This document shows, piece by piece, positions 53,981-64,000 of a stretch of DNA of 64,000 nt (positions are counted from its first letter, which is position 1; each line of letters begins with the position of its first letter). A program made the translations under genes and the position numbers. This DNA comes from Octopus vulgaris. Taxonomy: Eukaryota. Location of the stretch: NCBI GenBank assembly GCA_951406725.2, contig OX597820.1:115754001-115818000 (forward strand). Reading direction: 5' to 3'. The notes under the pieces were generated by a model. The model was not told the origin of the DNA, searched no databases, and saw only the letters and a list, made by a program, of their open reading frames with translations.

Positions 53981-54939
53981 TGGACCATTGGGTCTCAGGA
54001 ATGTCTACATTATTTCACATTTATGTGATATCAAATGTGATAACAAGATAACATATTTAGGCTTAACCAATGGCTTTTAGCAGTGACTATTATGTCACAT
54101 TTATCATTATATGGAAGAACAAAATATGGTAGGAAACGTTTTGGCTCAGCCGTTTTAGTGCTGGTTGATTTGATGCTTGTTTGGCATCAGACTCTTTAAT
54201 GTTTCCCTGCCTCCCTTTCTCCCCCTTTTATTATATGTGTGCATCTAGTGATGTGTAATCTCTCTCTCTCCAATTGGTAGGTTAGTTGATGAAGTTGCCA
54301 TTTTAAGAAACCCGCTAATCTCTTTTTTTGGTTTTGCAATTTAAAAAAATTTTTTTTTTCATGGTGAATTTTCCTATGGCAAAATATCCTACAACAGTGT
54401 ATATTTCTGTGCATGCACACATGTATTTGCTTCCAATACCAAACTGCTATCTACAAAACAGGTTATATGTCCAGTCAGCCATGCCAATTGGTTGATGCCT
54501 TAACTGCTGTTTAGGTTTTTATCATCAAAACGGCATGGCTGTGTGGTTTGTTACTTTGCAACTATCTGGTTCCACAATCAGCCCACTGCCTATTCATCTT
54601 GGGACATGTCTTATTACACAGCCTCAAGTTGATCAAAACCTTGTAAGTGAAATTTGCTAGTCAGAAACTATGGAGAAACTTGTTACAGAGGTTTTTTGTT
54701 CTTGGTTGGGTAGACTTACCCTGTCCACCATGAGTGTCTTTAGTTGTAAGCATTAAGGCCATGCTTCCCATTTAACAATTACTTTCTGTTATCTTACCAG
54801 ACTCAGAGACCTGAGAAAAGTCAAGCATGATGCCTGACTAAGTGATTTATGAAATAAGCCTTAAATCGTAGAAATCTGTAATTTCACTTGAAATTATTTT
54901 TTCTTTTCTTTTTAAGTTCTATTTTAGTTACTTCTGAAA

Positions 54940-55120
54940 ATGGCTAAAGATAAAAAGACTAAAACTACTGAAGGATGCGAAAAAGCTGAAGTAAATTTGA
55001 ATTCTTCAGCTGTTAACAAAAAACCCCAAAAGAAAGAACAAAAAGGTCCTAAAGAGAGTAAGGTAACTGAAGCACCGTCTCAAGGGAAAGATAAGAACGT
55101 CAATGCTGTACCAGCATCAG
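54940..55120 (+). CDS. Lys-rich uncharacterised protein, first coding exon (MAKDKKTK...VPAS)
   Basis: Acceptor attttag at 54927, ATG in aaaATGG context, donor cag|gtaaat, phase 1. Confidence 0.8.
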
Positions 55121-57543
55121 GTAAATATACCATTTGTAGATTTTGATTTACCAGTTTTCTATATAAAAAAAGAGGGACTGTTTTATTACTGGTAAATGGA
55201 ATTTGTTGTGTGTGAGAGAAAGAGAGGTAAAAGAAGTAGAACAAAAAAAGAAATATAACTGGCAAAGAATGAGCAATAAAAATACTGTGTTTACTCAAAT
55301 ATGAGTAGCACTGTTTTGTACTTGATTTTAACTGTTAAAAATGGGGTGCAATTTATATACGGGACAAAGCTTTTAACTATGTGAGGAAAAATTTTGTAAC
55401 ACTAAATATGGGGTGTTATTTATACATGAACAAATATGTTTCAGATTAAAGTTGGTCCCTTTAGTGTTATCAATAATGCTGTTGTTTTTACAAAAAATAA
55501 AATCAAGTAATCAAACAAATGAGCACAACATTAACACTGGCCCTTTATCTTGGAGCGTTATCTATGGGGTTTGCAGGAATTTGTTGCTAATTTCTCTTAC
55601 CTAAGAAGAGATAATGGTTTGTGCTGATGATGGGCTTAGTGATGACAGTGTAATGCATATCTCTGCTGTGAGAAATGATTGGAAGGGCAGCCCGTGGCTT
55701 TAAAATGCTGCCTCAGAAAAAAGAGAAAAAAAAACCTTGATGAGTACAATAACTATGAAGATTGTCATGAGGCCTGCAAGGCTAAGCTGCTCCTTTAGAA
55801 GGGAAACGAGCCCTAAAATGTTGTTGCTGTTGTATATCCTTGACTGACTTCTACCTTTTTTATTGATACTTGCATAGAAGCTGAAAGTGTTTGCTTTCTC
55901 AGTGGTTTGCACCTATGCTTCCCAGCTATCTCTTTCACCAAATATTCCCAGTATCTAAAAACTCAATCTCTTGTTCATCTTTTGAGCCCATCCATACTAG
56001 AGACATCCATGTAATAACATCCAATTACTTCTTTGCAATGATATCACATTGAAATTCTCTGTACAACAGATACATCTCCACACATTCTGTTGTTGGTTAA
56101 GGGTCAAGATTTTAGCTGATTTTTATGTTGAAAGATGTGAGAATATTACATTTTAAAAAAATGGACCTCTTGGATCAACTTTGTCTTTCGCTCTTTTCTG
56201 GGTTGTAGAAGGGAGCCAATCCAGGATAGTGAGTTGGCAGAACTGTCAGGGGATTGGACAAGATGTCTTGAAGTACCTTTGTGGCTCTTTCCATTCTAAT
56301 GGTAATATGTGCAGTAGAAGCCTTTAAGCAAAGCCTTTCCTTTGGACAACAACTTTTGGCATGAAGATGGCATTCTTGCATTTATAGACAACTGCTAGTC
56401 TTTCATACAACAAAACGTTGACCAAGCCTGTACAGACATGACCTCTGGAAATGTTAGATGTGCAGTGTGCTTGTAAAAGATAGTGATGGTTCGTGGCTTA
56501 GTGGTTAGGGCCCTAAGAACATGAGTTCGATTCTTGGTGGGGCACTGAATCCTTGAGCAAAACACTTTATTTTACATTGCCCCAGTCCACTCAGCTGGCA
56601 AAAATGAGTTGTGCCTATAATCCAAAGGGTCAGCCTTGTCACATTCTGTGTTACACTGAATCTCACTGAGAACTACATTAGGGGGTACATGTGTCTGTGG
56701 AGTACTCAGCCACTTGCAAATTAATTTCACATGCAGGCTGTTCTGTTGATCGGAGCAACTGGAACAGTTGTCATAACCGGCAGAGTGCCAATTCGTTCAC
56801 TTGTAAAAGATATCAATTATTATGTTCTTAGTGTAAAGTTTGTTTCATGACTGCATGACGTCACAGATTAGAAAAGGATTATAAGGCGGTAAGCTGGCAG
56901 AAACGTTAGCATGCGGTATTTCGTCTGCTGCTACGTTCTGAGTTCAAATTCCGCCGAGGTCGAATTTGCCTTTCATCCTTTCGGGGTCAATTAACCCTTT
57001 AGTGTTCAGATTATTCTGTCAAATGTGATATTTGTTTATTTATATTGCTTTGAATTAATCATGCATTATCTTGTAGTTTAGAGATTGCAGTGATGTGATT
57101 TTTTTAGTTTTAGAATGACATGGTAGGGCTGAGGTGAGAGGCGAGAGCTGGTCAGTTTCAATATAAAACAGGTTAAATATTTTGGCCGGATATGGCCAGT
57201 TTGAATGCTAAAGGGTTAAATAAGTACCAGTTACGCACTGGGCTTGATACAATTGACTTAATTCGTTTCTCTGTCCTTGTTTGTCCTCTCTCTGTTTAGC
57301 CCCTTGTGGGCAGTAAAGAAATAAGAAAAGGATGGTCATACCTGGAATGCTTTTGTTGCTTGTAATGTGTGCTACCTACTAGTAGCTATGCAAACTGGTC
57401 AGAGCTGTGTCTAGCCAGGATTATTATAGAAACTGCTCACCTCTCAGTTGGTTTTCTGTTACACTATCAATAGGATTTTTATTTTCTCTGCTGTATTTCA
57501 CAAAACTTGGTAACATTTTCTAATGAAAGGCTTTTTGTTTTAG

Positions 57544-57627
57544 ATGCAGAGAAGAAGAAGAAGCAGCAAAAGAAGAAACCGAATGGACTTAAGGCAGAAG
57601 ACGGCAACACGCAAAATCATGTGGAAG
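57544..57627 (+). CDS. Lys-rich protein exon (DAEKKKKQQKKKPNGLKAEDGNTQNHVE)
   Basis: tttag acceptor, gt donor, 84 nt, phase 1-1, in frame. Confidence 0.75.
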
Positions 57628-57669
57628 GTGTGTGTGGGATTCGGTTTTCTTGTTACTAACATAATAGTT

Positions 57670-57922
57670 CAGTTCTATATGCCCACAGGCTTATGGCATA
57701 GTACTTAAGAGCGCAGGCTTCTAACCCCAAGATTCCGAGTTCGATTCCAGGCAGTGACCTGAATAATAATAATAATAATAATAATATCTAAAAATACCTT
57801 AGGAATGAGAACCCAGGTTCAAAATTTCCCCAAGGCTCCTGATGAAGGCTGGAAGGTATATCAGCTGAAACGTGTTAACAACAAACAAGATGAGGACAAA
57901 TATCTGTCAAATGTAAATAATG
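57670..57922 (+). mobile_element. Hammerhead-ribozyme SINE-like element (copy 3) with 11-bp inverted tail remnant
   Basis: cagttctatat + gcccac head with A/B boxes + (AAT)n + CTGATGA..GAAA; TSD aacataat(a/t)gtt. Confidence 0.8.
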
Positions 57923-58559
57923 AACATAATTGTTGTTATTAACATTTTACTGTCCATTTTGAAAGTTAGCATGTAGTAGTAGTGGTTGTTTGACCTCAGA
58001 TCAAGCCTGGATGATCAATCAGGGCTAACTTGGGGGGCTAAACAGCAACAATTGCTAACCCTTAAAAATAGACTGTCCCGGTTTTCTTTCAAGGCTTTAG
58101 TAGAACTACATTAGGCCTTTAGCATTTAAACTGGTCATGCCAGGCCCAAATATTTTGCTTGTTTGGGGTTTAAACTGGCCAGATCTGGCGTCTCACATCA
58201 ATCCCACAATGTCATTCTAAAAATATGCAAATCACATCATTGAAATTTTGTAGCTACAAGATAATAATGCATGATTAATTCCAAAACAAAATCAATAAAT
58301 AGGCATAACATTTGGTAGAGTTATCTGAATGCTGGATTATCTTAATCCGTGGTCTTATATAATACAGTTTCATGTGCCCTGACAGATCACTGCTATTTCT
58401 AGCAGGTTGCATGACCACATAAGAGTCTCACTTGCTGACTCATCCTAACCTAGGTTTATGCATCTCTTATACAGTTGAGTTTTTTGTTATCTCATCTGTG
58501 ACCATCATCATCATCATCGTCATCATCAACCACAAACGTCTTTGTATTTTTCTTTGTAG

Positions 58560-58610
58560 GAAATGTGAAAGCACCAAAACAAAAGAAATCCGAAGAGAAT
58601 GCGGCGGGTG
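58560..58610 (+). CDS. Lys-rich protein exon (GNVKAPKQKKSEENAAG)
   Basis: ttttctttgtag acceptor, gtaggt donor, 51 nt, phase 1-1. Confidence 0.75.
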
Positions 58611-58806
58611 GTAGGTGGCTTTAACCATTCAAATATATTATTGGGAGTTTCTGTGAATAGGTGCAGGCATGGTTACTTTGCAACCATGTGGTTTCAGGTT
58701 CAATCCCATTGTGTGGAACCTTTAGCCCCTGGCTAACCAATACTCCATGGAAATTTGATTGATAGAAACTGAAAGAAAGTTGTGCATTGTGTGTGTGTGT
58801 GTGTAT

Positions 58807-58865
<59 letters not shown>

Positions 58866-58870
58866 TACAC

Positions 58871-59234
58871 AAAGAAAACAGAAAATGGAGAAGTACTGAT
58901 TAACAGCAATTGACTTACATCAATTATTTAATTCAATGCAAATAGACTGCATCCCATCTAACAGCTGTTTCTGCTTCCAGTGTTATATGGTTTTGCCATT
59001 GATATTCAAAATATGTAAAAATATTAATCATATTTGGTAATAGAACCAATCTGAAACAAGGAGCATCATATGATTAATATTTTTACATATTTTGAATATC
59101 AATGGCAATACCATATAACACTGGAAGCAGAAACAGCTGTTAGATGGGATGCAGTTTATTTGTATTGAACTAATAAATAATAATTGATGTAAGTCAACTG
59201 TTGTTCATCAGTACTTCTTCATTTTTTGTTTCTT
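58871..59234. repeat. Palindromic insert with GAAACAGCTGTTA hammerhead 3' half in both arms
   Basis: Inverted arms of about 160 bp adjoining a (TA/CA)n tract. Confidence 0.75.
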
Positions 59235-59399
59235 GATAAACTCATGTTTATCCTTGTCTTTAACCTATAACTTATGAACATTTTTTTGTATATATATGCC
59301 CATGGTTAAACATAGGTAACATACCAATAGTGTAATGGATACTTCTATCCCTTAGACAGTTATTTTTAACTTCTAACTCAACTAACCTATATATATATA

Positions 59400-59780
59400 C
59401 TAGCAGTATCGCCCGGCGTTGCTCAGGTTTGTAAGGGAAATAACTATAAAGCATTTTTAGAGAGTTATAGCCAAAAAATAGCAAAAAAATGGAAAAAAAT
59501 GATGGTAAATTTTTTTTTGATAGTTAAAAAAGGTGGAGTTGTGTCCCCTACACAGTTTGTGGTTTGTGTTCCTGATTCTCGACCCCATGTCGAATTTATC
59601 GATTTTTTTCAGAACTGGGGGAACTTTTCAAAATTTTCGCTGCGTTAGTTTTGAATTATGACATTGGGCTGTGTGTGTGTCAAGTTTCATCAGAATCGGT
59701 TGAAAGCCGTGGTCAGGGTGAGGGTACAACCTGGCAGACACACAGAAACACACACAGACAAACTGCCGTTTATATATAGA
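59400..59780 (-). mobile_element. Non-autonomous Helitron
   Basis: 5' end shared with 42639; 3' hairpin plus CTAG. Confidence 0.8.
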
Positions 59781-60096
59781 GAGATATAGATAGATAGATG
59801 TAAGAATTTACTGTGGTCAAGGCTGCATGGCATTCGATTATAAATAAATAAGATAAAAAATACACCAATGAATGAAAAATATGTAAACGCACGAGAGAAA
59901 AGTACAGGACAAAGTAGCAAAAGAAGATATTTCCCACATCAGTTATCAGACAAGTAATAAACAGTCCGACAACTGATGAGCGAGTTGCCTTCTTTTGCAT
60001 TTTGTCCTCTGCTCGTCTCTCTTGTGTTTACATATTTTTCACTCGTTGTTGATGTCCTGTACACAATGTGTATTTTTTAAATTTTATATATATATT

Positions 60097-60402
60097 TAAT
60101 AATTAGGGTTCAGCAAAGATTTGCTTTACCACATACCGAAGTTTAGAAATAGCATCCAAAACCTTAGCTATTTCTTCTACTTTAAAAAGGGACTCCCAGA
60201 GAAACCAAAATACTTGAAAACAATCCACACAGGCAGAGGAAAGTAACGAAAATCAATCAATATCTGGTCATGGATTGTTTTCAAGTATTTTGTTTTTTCT
60301 GGGAGTCCCTTTTTAAAGTAGAAGAAATAGCTAAGGTTTAGGCTGCTATTTCTAAACTTCGGTATGTGGTAAAGCAATTCTTTGCTGAACCCTAATTATT
60401 AA
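60097..60402. repeat. Palindromic insert (arms about 130 bp, spacer about 45 bp)
   Basis: taataattagggttcagcaaaga... / ...tctttgctgaaccctaattatta. Confidence 0.8.
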
Positions 60403-60540
60403 GTATTACTTAAGTTTACCGTGAAATGGTCCTTTTTTCATGCCGAATTCTACTTGGTGAAATTATTGATTACCTCTTAATTAATTTTACCCTTTGTTAT
60501 TACTGATATATATATATATATATATATACATACATACATA

Positions 60541-61190
60541 CAGGGTGGCCAGGCCAAATTTGACAGTTTACATAAAAATAAAAGAAAACATAAAATCCCA
60601 TCCACAGATAAAAGTATTTTAAAAAATCAAAAAAACATTAACTAGGTTATGGCTGAGAGATAACAGTTTATTCAGAAGCTGCCCTCAACTTCCACCATGG
60701 CCTTAAAATGGCTCAGAAATCTGGTGCATACATTTCTCACTCTGTGCCTGGGAAGATATTCAAACACTTCCTTGATCTTGGCTACCAGCAGGCAGAGCGA
60801 TTGGTGTTTTTCTCAACCGTGCCCCACACATAGTAATCCATGGGATTGCAATCAGAGTAATTGGGAGGGGGGGTGCAGAAGCAGGGGTGTGTGAAGCCTT
60901 AGAAATTCTCCAACAACCACTTCTGACTCTTTCTAATGGTAATGCAAAGAGCCACACATATGGCCTTCCAGCAGCAACCCTCTCCAATCAGGGCTTGACC
61001 ACAATCTCCAGCAGATTGACATAATGGTCTGAATTGAGCCTAAGACCCTGTTCAAAGACATAGGGATGAATTCCATCATTTGGGTGCAGTGAGAATGCCT
61101 TCTGTGTCCCTTCTTGCTGCCCATGGCTTCTTAGTCTCTGTTGCAGCTGTCCATGTCATGTCTTCCAGCCTTTACAGTGTCCAGAGCCTT
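60541..61190 (-). mobile_element. Degenerate Tc1/mariner-superfamily (maT-like) fragment
   Basis: ta|cagggtgg terminus; residual NPMDYYVWG motif on the minus strand. Confidence 0.6.
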
Positions 61191-62432
61191 GAGCAGCAGT
61201 CATCCTCATCATTTAACATCTATTTTCCATGCTGGTATGGGTTGGACAGATTGACTGGAGCTGGCAAAGCCAGGAGCTACACCTAGTTCCATTGTCTGTT
61301 TTGGCATGGTTTCTGCAGTTGGATGGCCTTCCTAGTGCCATCCACTTTATAGAGTGTATTGGGTACTTTGTATGTGGTTCCAGTAGTAGCAGGGTCACCA
61401 AGTACCTTGCAATTGGGAGTTGGGGAAGTAGAATTAAGGGGCTGTGGCTTTGTGCCAGTTTAAAGATTTAAGGTATAGAAGATATAGGTGTCTTGCTGCA
61501 GAGTAGATTCTTGGGCACCCCAGTTGGAAAATAAAGGAGAGTGGTAGTGAGAGAGATGATGGTGGGGATGTTTCAGGACATGCCCTCAAGGGACATTGGG
61601 GATGGCAAAGATAGGGGAGGTGACATGGAAACTTGGGCTGGGAGTGTGGGCAGGATGAAGTGACTGTAGCAAAAGAGAAATATAAGAGAGGTTTGGGGGC
61701 AGGGGTTGCATCACATATGTAAGGATGTTGAGGGTGATAGCAAGAAAGTGAGGAGTGGATGACAGAGAGCAGCACAGAGAATGGAGGTGTTGTGTGGATG
61801 CCCCAGACGACGAAGTAGGCTAGCCCAATACGTAGATATAGAGGGAGAAGTCTAGACATCTGGAATTGAGTAGCAGTCATAGTAGACTAGAACAGAGAAG
61901 AGTAGTAGAGTTGAGTAGTAGAAGGCACCCGAACGTGTGACATGACAGGGAGAGAAGGCGCCAGAAGGAGGCGATTGGTGGGAACAGTAGGAGGGGGGGC
62001 AAGGTAACTGAGAAAACCAGGGAGTGTAGTATGTACCTATTCTGTTCTCAGGTGATTAAGGAAGTGATGAGTTAAGGGATGAAATGTGGGTGGTGGCAGA
62101 AGAAGGTTGATGTTGATCTGTTAGAGATCTGTTTATTATTAGGCAGCATGGGTACTTCAGCTGTAGTTTGCAGGCAGGGGACATGCCAGTATCCGCAACA
62201 GAAGTTTTGGCTCTCAAACATGCTACAAGGCAAGGCCTGTGTTTAGCAGTCTTTTACTAAGACATACTCTCAACCTAGAAATAGGTGCCATCTTTGGTAA
62301 GGGGCATCGTATCTATATAGGGGTTAAGCAGTCTGATGGTAAATAACATGTCCAGAGAAAAATATTACTTTCATTCATTTATTTAAGATAATAATACTAT
62401 TATTATTATTATTAATTTCAATATTATTGTAG

Positions 62433-62468
62433 AACTTACTAAAAAGAAAACGCAAAAGCAACAGAAAG
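62433..62468 (+). CDS. Lys-rich protein exon (ELTKKKTQKQQK)
   Basis: ttgtag acceptor, aag|gtaaga donor, 36 nt, phase 1-1. Confidence 0.75.
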
Positions 62469-63355
62469 GTAAGAATTTTTAATGCTTTCTTTTATGAGTC
62501 TCTCATTTTGACCCTCTGGCATTTAAACTGGCCAGATCCAGCCTCTCACTTCTATCCTACAATGTCAGTCTAAAAACAAACAATCACGTCGTTGAAATCT
62601 TGAAGCTACGAGACAGTGCAAAGCATTACACTTGACAGAATCACCTGAATGGGTAGCTTCTCCCTTCCATAACTGCTTTTGGAAATTGGTCTCAAGAAAA
62701 ATCTATTAAGATAATATAGAGTTTGGAGTTGCTGAAAGAAAGCAGGAGAAATGAACCATTCAAAAGAAGTCTTGTCACGATTGTCAGAAATAAGCCTATC
62801 AAGTTTCTGCAAGTGTGTTTTAGATTCTGGTATCAATGTCAGATTATCCTATCAGAATAGGATAATCTGTAGCCACAGAGAGGAGGATATGCACATTCAC
62901 CAAATCGTGACCCTTTAGTATTTAAACCAGCCATAATCGGTCAAAATATTTAACTTGTTTTATGTTCAGACCAGCCAGATCTGGCCTCTTGCACCTCCTC
63001 TACAATGTCATTTCAAAAATAAACACTGACATCATTGAAGTCTCAAAGCTATGGAGATAATGCGTGATGTAAAACAATGTGAATAAATAAACATTACATT
63101 TAACAGCATAATCAAATGCTAAAAGGTTAAAGCTATAATGCTACAGAGCTGATGCTTAATAAGGTCAGTAGGCCTTTGTAGTCCCATGTCTTTTGGAATG
63201 TAATAGAAAGTTGGAACCAGTTTGGCTTTATTATTTTGTAATTTACGTCAGATATTTGTCAGTCTCATTCATAACCAATTGAAGCCATTGTGTCATAGTA
63301 ACAATTGTGTTAATTGGTTTTATGCTATGAATATGTTTTTTTTTCTTTCTTTCAG

Positions 63356-63403
63356 AAGCAACAACTCCTACACCAAAGACTGGGCAAACCAATGCTTTAA
63401 AAG
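63356..63403 (+). CDS. Lys-rich protein exon (EATTPTPKTGQTNALK)
   Basis: Long polypyrimidine tract plus cag, aag|gtaaac donor, 48 nt, phase 1-1. Confidence 0.8.
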
Positions 63404-63540
63404 GTAAACAATTTTGTTGTTGTTGTTAGATAATTTTAAATGTTAATGTTGCTTCTACATGTTGTGCCTAATTAGCACAAACGTCTTCGATGCAACGGCT
63501 TCCACACTTTAGTGTTTTCTTTGTTGTTTTTCCTTTATAG

Positions 63541-63606
63541 AAAGTGGGAAAAATAAGAAACATAATACCAGTGGAGGAAATGTGACAGATGGATCTACTG
63601 GAGAAG
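63541..63606 (+). CDS. Lys-rich protein exon (ESGKNKKHNTSGGNVTDGSTGE); gene continues beyond the window
   Basis: tcctttatag acceptor, aag|gtagaa donor, 66 nt, phase 1-1. Confidence 0.78.
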
Positions 63607-64000
63607 GTAGAATAATATTTAGCTACTGAAATATATATTGCTGCTTTAGAATTTTAATTTAATTTGCATTAAAAGAAAGCAAAACAAAAGTTCTAAGAAA
63701 TTGATGGCATCAGTAAACTACTTCTAATTCAAGCCCCGTTAATCAGGTTATCATCTCATTTGGTGCCTTAACCAGTTTGTTCTTATCTCATTTATGTTGG
63801 CTGTGTGGTAAGTAGCTTGCTTACCAACCATTTGGTTCCGGGTTCAGTCCCACTGCGTGGCACCTTGGGTCGACCAAAGCCTTGAGAGCGGATTTGGTAG
63901 ACGGAAACTGAAAGAAGCCTGTCGTATATATACATATATGTGTGTGTGTATATGTTTGTATGGCTGTTTGTCACCCCAACATTGCTTGTCAGCCAATGCT

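Noticed and set aside
55620-55700. TGATGA boxes suggesting an intronic C/D snoRNA
   Set aside because: No properly placed CTGA D box or terminal stem found
62606-62836. 76-aa minus-strand ORF inside an intron
   Set aside because: Runs into a MITE; no motif or splice evidence

Overview
AT-rich, repeat-dense animal genomic DNA. The SINE and microsatellite landscape resembles a cephalopod, probably Octopus; this is inferred, not verified. Host genes: (1) an intronless ADP/ATP carrier CDS at 639-1547 with fungal/plant-type rather than vertebrate ANT-type motifs; (2) a likely orphan acidic/coiled-coil ORF at 13022-13693 (-); (3) the 5' part of a + strand gene for a Lys-rich protein, built from short all-phase-1 exons (54940-63606), with a candidate pyrimidine-start leader exon near 47.2 kb. 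The rest is nested mobile DNA: four SINE families, piggyBac-like TTAA MITEs, Tc1/mariner relics, Helitrons, Gypsy-like solo LTRs, R4/Dong, RTE and CRE-like LINE fragments, and Penelope-like (PLE) RT and GIY-YIG relics. The most notable signal is a small non-autonomous element with a tRNA-like Pol III head, an (AAT)n spacer and a minimal hammerhead ribozyme. It occurs three times as a TSD-flanked inverted unit with Penelope-type architecture, and the tail-less arms consistently lack the cleavage triplet. Several other hammerhead-like palindromic inserts and a tRNA-Phe fused to a retroposon tail are also present.
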